A stretch of DNA of 64,000 nucleotides from Giardia intestinalis (lineage: Eukaryota): the NCBI GenBank assembly GCA_000002435.2, contig CM018793.1; one strand, 5' to 3'. Below the pieces are notes generated by a model. That model worked only from the letters and a program-made list of their open reading frames with translations, was not told the DNA's origin and did not search any database. This document shows positions 51,171 to 60,710 of the stretch, one piece after another; the first letter of the stretch is position 1, and every line of letters begins with the position of its first letter. Made by a program: the position numbers and the translations under genes.

Positions 51171-53501
51171 CTATGGTTCGTCGCTGGAGTAGTAGTCCGA
51201 GCTTTCTTCCTCGGAGCTCGAGACCCAGCCCCTGTAGCGCCACACAGCTGGGTTCTTCTTCCTTCTGCCGCCTGTCTTGCGTCGTGCTGCCTTGGATGTT
51301 TTGGCTATGTCGACCAGCTGGATGGCGAGCTGTGCATAATCTTTGTCGTAGATAGGCAGCCTGTGCCCTTGTTCGTCTGTGGCCGGTTTGCTGTGCGCCA
51401 TCTGATCTAGTAGCGCTCCTCTATCCACGTGGCCGTGTGGCTGTTCTCCTCCTGGAGCTGAAACAGCAGCAGGCGACAGTAGTGGAGGTGGCGAGGTGTC
51501 TCTGAGCCTTTTCCGCGATCTGGTATGCCGCGGCGCCTCAGGAGTGTTCAATTGCTGCTGAATCTCTGTGTCTGCACCCAGCTCTGCCTTCAGCAACTCC
51601 AGGTCTAAGTCTGCTTCTGTAAAAAAGAGAGGAGAGGGCGGTACAAAGTGATAGTCGTAGAGCCGCCTACTAAGCACGAAGCACGGCACCATAGCAAGCT
51701 TTCTACCGCTGCCATTCACTTCTTCGCTGGCTGCAGAGGCACCCAAGAAGAGCTGCATGACATCTTTATAGCTGGAGTGCTTGACAACAGGCTTCTTCGG
51801 GGCAGCAAAGTAGCGATGATTAACGCCCGACTCTGCCGTGGAGCTATTAAGCCGCGTCTTGTAAACATAGTAAAGGCGCTTGTACTGCTCCTTTGCTAGC
51901 TGCTGCTCCCTTTGGAGAGAGGCCAGGGACAGCTTTACAATATCCTGTATGTACTTACGCTCGGACTCGCCTATGTATGTCTTGCAGCATGTTGGCGGCA
52001 GGGTCAAAAAGAGATACTGATAGAACGCTCCGAATGCACAAAGCATGTCCCCATGGGGAGACCACGACACACAAGTTAGAAAAGCTGTTTGGTAGCTCTC
52101 TCCCTTGAACACGGCTATGCAAGAAAAGTCCTGGGTAGTATAAAAGTGAACGTCACAGCCTGCGACGATGGCAAAGATCATGCTGTAAGGAAGCCCAGAG
52201 TAGTTTGGAATTCCCGGACACAGCTCATAAAGATGTGGTGAGAAGGCAACGTCTACAGACGGAAAGCGGTGTCCGGGCAAGACAATGTCAGGAGCCATGG
52301 ACTTGTCTCTGTCCAGGAGAAGAGACTGACGAGACAGGACATACGAGCAGAAGGTGTACCCCAGTATATCGTCTTCCCGGTTGTCTGGTACAACTGGGAG
52401 GAATCCGCAGGTAGCAACAAGGAACGACCCGTCTGGAGAGTATGCACAGCCGCGTCGGTAGAGAGATATGGCGTACATGGTCCGCAAAGAGCGCCGTTCC
52501 TGATTCATGGCCTTTTCAGGTCCACGTTCCAGAAAAAGACTGACAGTGGAGGGAGAGGTGGCGTGTTCAGAAAGACTCTTGGATCCTTGGGTAAGCAAAG
52601 CCATCTGAGCCCTGGCAAGTTCTTCAGGCTGTTGAGGTGGATTTATTATTCCCCCACTATCATCTCGCAAGAAGCAATCTCTGAGATATCTTTCATATTC
52701 ACCGGGAGTAGTCATGCGCCCGAAGGCTAGGAACTCTCCCAGAAGCTTTATATCCACTGAAGACACTTTGGATCTGAGAGAGTAGGACGCGTGTCCGTTC
52801 TTAGTGCGTGTTCGAAGAATGAGAAATAGGGACGACAGAGATTGAGCAGCTAGGATGGATCCACAAGGGGACCACGATATGCTCAGGAGTTGTGACGAGC
52901 TAACTTTGACTGTTTGTGGATTTGAGTCCCGCGGACGCTCGTCGCTGACTGAGTTGTAAAAGAGGTTGTCTGTACAAACTGGGATAATAGTGATCGTTCC
53001 GTTTCCTCCAGCGAGTGCAATCGACGTTCCATCCGGAGACCACACGATGCTCGTGGGCCAAGTATCTATCAAGAAGCGTCGGAAGTGCGTCAGCATATTG
53101 CCCTCGGAGTCAGACAGCACAGAAAAATCACTGGGGAGGATGGCAGCAGAAGTAGGCACTAGGTTAGGAAGAGTTTCAAGGCCCTGGATCTCGGCCGTGC
53201 TCGGCCGGAAGTGGTAGACCAAGAGCTTGTATGATTCAGAGTCACAGCCCGCCACAGCCAAAAATCTGCCGCTGGGAGAGAAGCGCAAGGCCTCGACAGA
53301 GTTCAGAGGGAGTACCTCTTCGAGGGAGACCTCAAACATGTTCTCGTCTGGGCCGCACTGAGAGCGTCTGCACACAAACTTGACCGCTCCAGACTCCTTG
53401 TATATTCCACCGGCAGCTAGGACGCAGAGCTGCGGGTGAAAATCTATGTGCTTTGCAATGATGTTGTCCTTGGGATCCAGCCCAAGGTTGTAGGCGTCCA
53501 T
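51171..53501 (-). CDS. WD40-repeat protein (776 aa) with a basic/acidic C-terminal tail. A HIRA/CAF-1 p60-like layout is possible.
   Basis: Contains FSPSGRFLAVAG, VWSPDGTSIALAGGNGTITI, SWSPCGSILAA, YSPDGSFLVA and SWSPHGDMLCA. Confidence 0.6.
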   Translation of the reverse strand: MDAYNLGLDPKDNIIAKHIDFHPQLCVLAAGGIYKESGAVKFVCRRSQCGPDENMFEVSLEEVLPLNSVEALRFSPSGRFLAVAGCDSESYKLLVYHFRPSTAEIQGLETLPNLVPTSAAILPSDFSVLSDSEGNMLTHFRRFLIDTWPTSIVWSPDGTSIALAGGNGTITIIPVCTDNLFYNSVSDERPRDSNPQTVKVSSSQLLSISWSPCGSILAAQSLSSLFLILRTRTKNGHASYSLRSKVSSVDIKLLGEFLAFGRMTTPGEYERYLRDCFLRDDSGGIINPPQQPEELARAQMALLTQGSKSLSEHATSPSTVSLFLERGPEKAMNQERRSLRTMYAISLYRRGCAYSPDGSFLVATCGFLPVVPDNREDDILGYTFCSYVLSRQSLLLDRDKSMAPDIVLPGHRFPSVDVAFSPHLYELCPGIPNYSGLPYSMIFAIVAGCDVHFYTTQDFSCIAVFKGESYQTAFLTCVSWSPHGDMLCAFGAFYQYLFLTLPPTCCKTYIGESERKYIQDIVKLSLASLQREQQLAKEQYKRLYYVYKTRLNSSTAESGVNHRYFAAPKKPVVKHSSYKDVMQLFLGASAASEEVNGSGRKLAMVPCFVLSRRLYDYHFVPPSPLFFTEADLDLELLKAELGADTEIQQQLNTPEAPRHTRSRKRLRDTSPPPLLSPAAVSAPGGEQPHGHVDRGALLDQMAHSKPATDEQGHRLPIYDKDYAQLAIQLVDIAKTSKAARRKTGGRRKKNPAVWRYRGWVSSSEEESSDYYSSDEP

Positions 53502-54007
53502 CGAAATTTTTAAAATGGCACCCCAATGAGGTCATCGAGGCACAACGGCTTCACTGGCTGTCATCGCTCTATGTGGGGACGTGTCCCGCCACAGCTGCCA
53601 AAACTCTAGCTCTCCGTGCCAACCAGCTTTTGAGGTAAAGAGTGACTTGACAGGAGCTAAGAACTGGGACAAAAGATGGTCTACGTTGGTCAATAACTAA
53701 TCCGTATAAGAATATAATCAAGGTAGGCAGAGTGTTGAGCCTCCAAGAAAGCTGTCGGAATGGAGCACTACTGTAGATCTAATGACGCGTGTTCCTATAC
53801 CCGGCGCACGACGCCTGGTGGCAACAGTTGACCGCGTCTAACTGTGTTGCAAAATTTATAAGGAAAAGATGTTGATACATATTCAGTTTAAGTTGGTACG
53901 CTGTTGTGGCTGTAGTCCCATGCAGTTATTAATTAGATGGCTGAGATAATCATAATTGACCCAAAACCTTTTAACTGAAATTCCCATTCCAAATAATTAA
54001 ACTGGCC

Positions 54008-57000
54008 ATGCTTTTTGCGGCGTTGGCGGTCCTGTTTAGCTCTGCGTCCTCTCCGGGATGCATAGATCCTACACAGAACCCAGACGGCGAGTACGAGTGC
54101 CAGCACGGAGGCGTCTGCACGAGGTTCGAGACGCTTCTCAGCTCCGGCTTTATCTGCGACTGTCCTCGCGGGTCCTTCGGCCGCGCATGTAACTTCTGCG
54201 ACCGGTCATTCATGCTCATCAATGATCGGTGTGTCAGCCCCGCTTGCGTCCTTGATGGTGTGAGCGTTTGCGGGGGCAGCGGCGAGTGCCTCTACACCGA
54301 GGACACAGACTCATGGTCGTGTTCGTGCAGAGATGGATTCGTTAACATCGCAGGGACGTGCGTCTCCTCCTCATGCATTAATCCAGAGAGTCCGGATCTC
54401 ATTTGCAGCGGCAACGGCAGCTGTAGGTCTCTTCCAGGTGGGGAAACAGGCGATGACTATCTCTGCGACTGTAACGATCTCCACTTGGGCGACCATTGTG
54501 AGGCATGTAATCGCAGAACGTCTAAGCCCGTGACTACAAACGGGGTGACAGAGTGTGTTTCCCTGGAATGCTTTACTGAAGATGAGGAGCTACCCTGCGG
54601 CGGTCACGGACACTGTGGCAGCTACCCTGTCGATGGGAAACTCTCCTATACTTGCATGTGCGGGTTTGGATACTCTCTCGTGAACAAGACATGTGTAGCA
54701 TCATCGTGTATTTTTGAATACAGTAACGGACATCATGTCTGCGGCTACGACGACTCCTTCAAGACGGCGTGCGTAGAAAGTGCCCAAGGTGAGTGGTCCT
54801 GTAGATGCCCGTCCGACACTACATTCATGGACGGCTATGGCTGTGTTTCTAGCCAGTGCATCGAGAATAGTGGCGAGCCTCCATGCGGTGGCGTTGGTGG
54901 ATGTTATGTATTCCAGATTAGCGGTGAGACGAAGACGTACAAGTGTCAATGCCCGCATTACACTGTTGGAAACTTTTGCAAGACTTGTTCTCCTAACGAG
55001 GCAACGAACATAGACGGTGTTTGCGTTCCTAATGATTGTATTTATGGCAACACATCGTGTAATGACCACGGGGTGTGTCATAGTCTTTTAGTTCATAGCT
55101 TCTGCGAATGTGAGTCGGAATTTGACACTGTTGATGAGATGAAGCACTACTGCGGGATACCGGAGTGCCATGACCCCAACACAAAGATGCTTTGCTCCGG
55201 GGCTGGTGCGTGTAACGAGCAAACGCGGGTCTGCGTGTGCATCAACGGTTTTCAGTATCAATCATATGGCGGCTGTGTTCCTGATAAACTAATTAACGAG
55301 AATGGTGTTTGCAATGGGCGCGGAACGGCCTCCCTGAAGGACCCGTGGGACCTTCCTGCCAACGAAAAGCTTAATGCCACAAACCCCGAGCATTGGATCT
55401 GCGTGTGTGGTACTCTATACACTGGCGAAACTTGTGACCAATGCAACCCATCAACATCCTTCACGCCAACAGCTTCCCCACCAGAATCACAACCTACGGG
55501 TGCTCCTCCTCAACTACCAACTTGCACGCCTCGTGATTGTTATAATGATGGGTATGAGTTGAAGGATCCTGATCCTCCTGTCGATCCTAATCAGCCGTCT
55601 GATCCTACTTATATCGATCAGCCTACTAAGCTATGCACGAATCCTTTACAGGAGAATAACAGTCCCTTGGGTACGTGTGAGAGCTACAAGATAGAGGACG
55701 AAGACATGTTCATATGCACCTCGAACGATCCGAATCAGTACCAGCAGGCCTATAATTCTTCCTCCATCTATCCCGTCGCCTGTACGACACCGGGACAGCA
55801 TTACGTTCGCCAAAATTTCATGTGCGGGCTTCTACAGGGCAAAACAGCTCCTCTTGAGATCAGGATGGTTAGCTGTAGCACTACCGAAACCAACGGTTAC
55901 AACTGTACGTGCAATGGAGAGTACAACTGGGTTAGCAGGACGATCAATGGCGTGATACACTACAGCTGTATGCACGACGAGTGTCTTAACGATGGGGCTA
56001 CTTCCGGGTCTTCAGACATTAACGACTATTGCTCCGGGCTGGGCGATTGCATACTGGATCTTACTGGAACAACTCACACTTGCGCCTGCAGCGCCAACGC
56101 CGTGTTCTACAAGAATAAGTGCATTCCAAGAGCGTGTGTTTCTGGGTGGAAAGATGAGCAGACGCCAATCATATGCGGCGGCCGTGGAACCTGCACACAC
56201 TGGGGAGACGGCGACTGGGGCTGCAAGTGCATGGATGTCGATCACTATACTTACGTGAGCGGGGGCTGCTATCCGAATTCTTGTGTCTATCTCTGGCAAA
56301 ATCCTACCGATGGCGCCTCATACATCCAACTCTGCGGTGGTGATAGCGTGGTTGCAGGGGGCACGTGCATCGTTGACGAGGCTGATCCTTCGAAGTCCTA
56401 TTGTGAGTGCAATGCCGACTTCGTGAGATATGGGCAGACGTGTGTGCATAAGAAGTGCACATCTGTGGATTATCACAACGACTTTCAGGTAACCCCCGAC
56501 TCCATCTGTTCTGGAAACGGCTACTGTCTGTTCAACTCCCGTACCAATATGTCCACCTGCTTCTGCACGAAGGGGACTGCCTACGGTCCATTTTGCTCCG
56601 TCGAACCATGCATTACGAATATTGAGTATGAGTTTGGAGATACTTGGGGTGAGATAACTCTGAATTGCGGAAGGCCTGGGGCCGGCGTTTGTAACATCAC
56701 TGGGGAGTCCACCGGCGAATGCTCATGCAATCCCGATTATGAGCTTTTGCCACCAACTTCTGAGCATCCAGAACTGGCCAAAATTTGCGTCAATACAGGG
56801 TGCATCGACAATGGAGTATACTGTGGCGGAGACCTGGCCGCAGTTTGTGGTATATCCAGAGCCGTGGCTACGTGCCTATGCAGCCAGGCATTCGAGGCCG
56901 TGAACAACACATGTGTGCCGAAGATGTGCTATGCGCCGAATCCAGACGGGATGATGGCCGTCTGTGGCGGCGTGGGAACGTGCGAAAAGGAATCAGGCTC

Positions 57001-60000
57001 TAATGTGTACTCTTGCAAGTGCCCCACGAGCGGCTACACAGCTGCTCAGATGAAATATAACGGTAACACAGTCTGGACTTGCGCCCCGCAGAGCTGCGTC
57101 AATGGCACAGACAGTAGCGCCACAGTGTGTGGAGGAACTACTGGGGGGTCTTGCGTAGGCTCCGGCGGGCAGTATCGCTGTTCATGTAGTGACGGATTCT
57201 TCCTTATCACCCCCACCCAGTGCGTCAGCAACAATTGCCTCTCGCAGAATATGAATGGTCAGATTTCCGTTTGCAGCGGGGTAGGAACGTGTTCTGAGAG
57301 TACAATGGGCATGTTCACTGAGTACTACTGTACTGGCTGTACTACTGGTTTCAAAGCTATAGATGGAAAATGCGTCAGCGAGAGCTGCTACTTCCAAATC
57401 GATTCCCTGAGCAAGTACTACGTTTGTGGAAAGCTGGGCAACTTCGGCGAGTGCGTGGGGACGGGTTCGGGATTCACCTGCTCTTGCTCCTACGGCTTTT
57501 TCCTAGCCGAGAAATACTGCGTCCCTAATCAGTGCACAGATAACCGCAGACACCCGGCAGAGTGTGGGGGCCATGGCGAATGCAAGCTTAAGAGCCTGGC
57601 CGAGTTCACCTGCGTTTGTAATGCCAACTATGAAACTGTCGACACCGATGAGCTTGGACTTCACTATTGTGTCGCCCAAGCTTGCATGGTGAAGGATAAC
57701 GGAGTTGTTACATCCATATGTAATGGTCATGGCTTGTGCAGGAAAGATAGGTGTTCCTGTTATGAAGGATATGCAGACGATCCATCTGCATCAACTAATG
57801 ATCCAACAGGAAACTGTACGGTTTGTGCTACTGGTTATAAAGAGTATCCTGCTCCTAACACTCTCACCGCCATCGCAGCCAACGCAAACTGCGTCAAAAA
57901 TAACTGCGGCCGGTCGACTCAAGACGATGACTGCGGCGGGTCCACTGTTGCCAATAATCCCTCCTGTGTGTACTCGTCTAAGACTTCGACCTATGAGTGC
58001 TCTTGCAAGACAGGCCACTACTCTAACAATGGAATTTGTAAGGTCTCCAGCTGTACGGACGGCGACTCCACTGTAGAGTGCGGTGGCTCTCAATTTGGCA
58101 CGTGTGATAACACAAACAATATATGCACGTGCGTCTCTGGGATGGTTTTGGTCAAGCCGTACCTTTGTGTCTCCCCGCGCTGCATCTCCAACAGTGCAAC
58201 GAACGAGGTCTGCAATGGGCACGGAACCTGCGCAATAAATCCTCGCACGCAGATAGCCGCCTGTAGGTGTACTGACGACTACGTTACAGCCAGGGACGGT
58301 CTGTGCTACCTCAGCACTTGCTTCAACGATCCCGAGCATTCTCAGCCAGTGGTTTGTGACGGTGCTGACAACAGCTGCAATACAGGAGGTGAATGCTCTT
58401 GCACACCGCCGTTCGTTAAATTCGCTGGCCAGAACGGGTGCGTGCATAGCAATTGTATCCAGAACGGGGTCGTTTGTGGAGGTCGCGGCGTGTGCCGTGC
58501 AAACCTTCTTTACACGCAGTACTCGTGTTTCTGCAATGATGAGTACATCCTAGCGTCAGACGGAACATGCCAGCCTAGGTCCTGCTCCCGAGACGGGGTG
58601 ACCGTCTGCGACAACAACGGCACCTGCGAGGCGGATGCAAGTGGCTCGACATATAGCTGTAAGTGCAATGGTACAACTATACTCTACATGAATGGCTGCG
58701 TTCCACGCGCCTGTTTCCCGCAATACAATCCTCGAGCATCTCTTTGCGGAGGAAATGGTCTATGTGATATGTCATCTGGGATGTGCCAATGCAATAGCGA
58801 CGCGTCGCTTACGGACGAACTTCTCTGCCAGCCAACCGACTGCGTTAATCCTCAGTACTCGGCAACAGTGTGCACGAATAACGGAGTGTGCAATTCTGTC
58901 AGCAACGTTTGTTTGTGTGTCGAGGGAAGCTCTGGGAAGTACTGTGAGTCGTGTGCCTCCGGATATAAGAAGTACACTAGTAACGACGAGTACAACGGCA
59001 GGTGCGTCAAGGACTCCTGCGGAAGCAAGAATTGTGGGACCCCAGGAAAATGCATCTTCGACTCCGACATCATCGAATATCGCTGCCTATGCAATGACGG
59101 GTTCTACTACAGCACATCCGAGCAGGAGTGCCGCCGATGCCTCATGGATAACTGCGTTACCTGCAACGGGGAGTCTTCATGCGCCGTTTGCGAGGATGGC
59201 TATTATTCCAACGGAGGGCGCTGCAGGGAGTGCGACGATGATTGTCGGACCTGCTCAGGACCAGAGGAGAGCCATTGCTTGAGTTGCATGCCGGGGAAGG
59301 TCCATAGCACAGGGGTCGGTCCCGCAAATTGCATTGACGAGTGCAAGGAGAATGAGGACGGATGCGCGACGTGTGGCTCGGTGATTGCGGGAAGCAGGTA
59401 TTGCTCCGTCTGTCGTGGACAGACCAGCTTCCCTCTCGAGGGTACCTGCCATGCGAAGACCTCCCGGGCCGGCGACGCCTGCGAGAGCGTCGTGGCAGGC
59501 AGGTGCACCAGGTGCTTGGGAAACTACTTCCTTTACGAAGGCGGATGTTATAGTAGCAGTCGTCTTCCTGGGAGCCAAGTGTGTTCCGTGGTTCTCGGGG
59601 GCAACTGCCTGAAGTGTGCCGACGGGTACTATAAGGCCGGGAGCGACGTCGAGCACGCATGCGTGTCATGCGATGGTCTGATGGAAGGATGCACTAAGTG
59701 CATGGCAAGCGGTTGCACAGAGTGCAAGGCTGGGTACTATCCAGACACTTCCAATGGACGGTGCATGGAGTGCGCCAGCCCATGCAAGACGTGTAACGGC
59801 GCTGGCGGTCGGTGCACATCCTGCGCGAAAGGATATTTCGCTCAGTTCATGGCCGATGATCTGAACAACTACGGTGAGTGCCGGAATTGTAGCAACACCA
59901 CCGCAGACAACGGGCTGGTTGGTGTGAGGAATTGCAAGGAGTGCGTCGTTTTTGCAGTCGGATCCCTTTCGCAACCGGAGATGGTCCACTGTAGCGAATT

Positions 60001-60238
60001 CTCCTCCGTCAAGTCGTCGGCCGGCGTCATAGCGGGCTCTGTCATAGCAGTGCTTCTTGTGCTAGGCGGAGTCATCGGGTTCTGTGTCTGGTGGTTCCTG
60101 GTCCGCGGCAAGAAGGGTCAGGCAGCTCAGAAAGGACGACGTGGAAAGTCCTATTCTGGCCGAAAGTATGTGCGGACTGTTTCCGATCCTGACAGCACGT
60201 CGTTGCTATCCACAGACATGACTAACTCGCTTCTTTAG
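54008..60238 (+). CDS. high-cysteine membrane protein (2076 aa) of the EGF-like/CXXC-repeat, VSP-related family
   Basis: The signal-like N-terminus is MLFAALAVLFSSASS. Dozens of C-x-C/CxxC/GxC units run throughout, and the distal part has furin-like CxxCxxGYY repeats. A single C-terminal TM, AGVIAGSVIAVLLVLGGVIGFCVWWFLV, is followed by a basic tail that does not match the VSP CRGKA ending. Confidence 0.85.
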   Translation: MLFAALAVLFSSASSPGCIDPTQNPDGEYECQHGGVCTRFETLLSSGFICDCPRGSFGRACNFCDRSFMLINDRCVSPACVLDGVSVCGGSGECLYTEDTDSWSCSCRDGFVNIAGTCVSSSCINPESPDLICSGNGSCRSLPGGETGDDYLCDCNDLHLGDHCEACNRRTSKPVTTNGVTECVSLECFTEDEELPCGGHGHCGSYPVDGKLSYTCMCGFGYSLVNKTCVASSCIFEYSNGHHVCGYDDSFKTACVESAQGEWSCRCPSDTTFMDGYGCVSSQCIENSGEPPCGGVGGCYVFQISGETKTYKCQCPHYTVGNFCKTCSPNEATNIDGVCVPNDCIYGNTSCNDHGVCHSLLVHSFCECESEFDTVDEMKHYCGIPECHDPNTKMLCSGAGACNEQTRVCVCINGFQYQSYGGCVPDKLINENGVCNGRGTASLKDPWDLPANEKLNATNPEHWICVCGTLYTGETCDQCNPSTSFTPTASPPESQPTGAPPQLPTCTPRDCYNDGYELKDPDPPVDPNQPSDPTYIDQPTKLCTNPLQENNSPLGTCESYKIEDEDMFICTSNDPNQYQQAYNSSSIYPVACTTPGQHYVRQNFMCGLLQGKTAPLEIRMVSCSTTETNGYNCTCNGEYNWVSRTINGVIHYSCMHDECLNDGATSGSSDINDYCSGLGDCILDLTGTTHTCACSANAVFYKNKCIPRACVSGWKDEQTPIICGGRGTCTHWGDGDWGCKCMDVDHYTYVSGGCYPNSCVYLWQNPTDGASYIQLCGGDSVVAGGTCIVDEADPSKSYCECNADFVRYGQTCVHKKCTSVDYHNDFQVTPDSICSGNGYCLFNSRTNMSTCFCTKGTAYGPFCSVEPCITNIEYEFGDTWGEITLNCGRPGAGVCNITGESTGECSCNPDYELLPPTSEHPELAKICVNTGCIDNGVYCGGDLAAVCGISRAVATCLCSQAFEAVNNTCVPKMCYAPNPDGMMAVCGGVGTCEKESGSNVYSCKCPTSGYTAAQMKYNGNTVWTCAPQSCVNGTDSSATVCGGTTGGSCVGSGGQYRCSCSDGFFLITPTQCVSNNCLSQNMNGQISVCSGVGTCSESTMGMFTEYYCTGCTTGFKAIDGKCVSESCYFQIDSLSKYYVCGKLGNFGECVGTGSGFTCSCSYGFFLAEKYCVPNQCTDNRRHPAECGGHGECKLKSLAEFTCVCNANYETVDTDELGLHYCVAQACMVKDNGVVTSICNGHGLCRKDRCSCYEGYADDPSASTNDPTGNCTVCATGYKEYPAPNTLTAIAANANCVKNNCGRSTQDDDCGGSTVANNPSCVYSSKTSTYECSCKTGHYSNNGICKVSSCTDGDSTVECGGSQFGTCDNTNNICTCVSGMVLVKPYLCVSPRCISNSATNEVCNGHGTCAINPRTQIAACRCTDDYVTARDGLCYLSTCFNDPEHSQPVVCDGADNSCNTGGECSCTPPFVKFAGQNGCVHSNCIQNGVVCGGRGVCRANLLYTQYSCFCNDEYILASDGTCQPRSCSRDGVTVCDNNGTCEADASGSTYSCKCNGTTILYMNGCVPRACFPQYNPRASLCGGNGLCDMSSGMCQCNSDASLTDELLCQPTDCVNPQYSATVCTNNGVCNSVSNVCLCVEGSSGKYCESCASGYKKYTSNDEYNGRCVKDSCGSKNCGTPGKCIFDSDIIEYRCLCNDGFYYSTSEQECRRCLMDNCVTCNGESSCAVCEDGYYSNGGRCRECDDDCRTCSGPEESHCLSCMPGKVHSTGVGPANCIDECKENEDGCATCGSVIAGSRYCSVCRGQTSFPLEGTCHAKTSRAGDACESVVAGRCTRCLGNYFLYEGGCYSSSRLPGSQVCSVVLGGNCLKCADGYYKAGSDVEHACVSCDGLMEGCTKCMASGCTECKAGYYPDTSNGRCMECASPCKTCNGAGGRCTSCAKGYFAQFMADDLNNYGECRNCSNTTADNGLVGVRNCKECVVFAVGSLSQPEMVHCSEFSSVKSSAGVIAGSVIAVLLVLGGVIGFCVWWFLVRGKKGQAAQKGRRGKSYSGRKYVRTVSDPDSTSLLSTDMTNSLL

Positions 60239-60278
60239 AGTGAATTCCTATCTACCGCTGTTTACTATCCGAACAAAA

Positions 60279-60710
60279 ATGGTCAACGACGAGGGGACGG
60301 CTCTCCTCTATGCTAAAGAGGCATCCGAGTCGACGAGAAGAACGCAAATCTATAGTATGGAGCCGTACGCGTCTCCAGGCGAGATACCGTTCCAGGAGCA
60401 GGCGTCTCCATGGCCAAACACCGGTTCTCTTATCCACCTGAGCCCAAGTGTTGAGCCTGTGAAGAAGAATGAGTATGCCCTTCAGCCTGGCATGCCGCTC
60501 TGCACGATACTGTTTGTCATGGGCTGTCTACTCCCTCCAGTGCTCTGGCTAGTCGGCCCTATATTAAGTGCTAGCCCTACTGTGCACCCGGATGTGCGCA
60601 CCAGGTTCTTCTACGCGACAGTGGCTTCCCTGGCATTCACAAGCATGCTTGCACTGGCAGCCCTAGTGACAAGTTTCATTCTCTACAACCAGACGGTCTC
60701 ATCTGAGTAA
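60279..60710 (+). CDS. small membrane protein (143 aa, two hydrophobic spans)
   Basis: The start was trimmed to MVNDEG, which follows gaacaaaa. Its 3' end overlaps the convergent gene by 12 nt. Confidence 0.45.
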   Translation: MVNDEGTALLYAKEASESTRRTQIYSMEPYASPGEIPFQEQASPWPNTGSLIHLSPSVEPVKKNEYALQPGMPLCTILFVMGCLLPPVLWLVGPILSASPTVHPDVRTRFFYATVASLAFTSMLALAALVTSFILYNQTVSSE

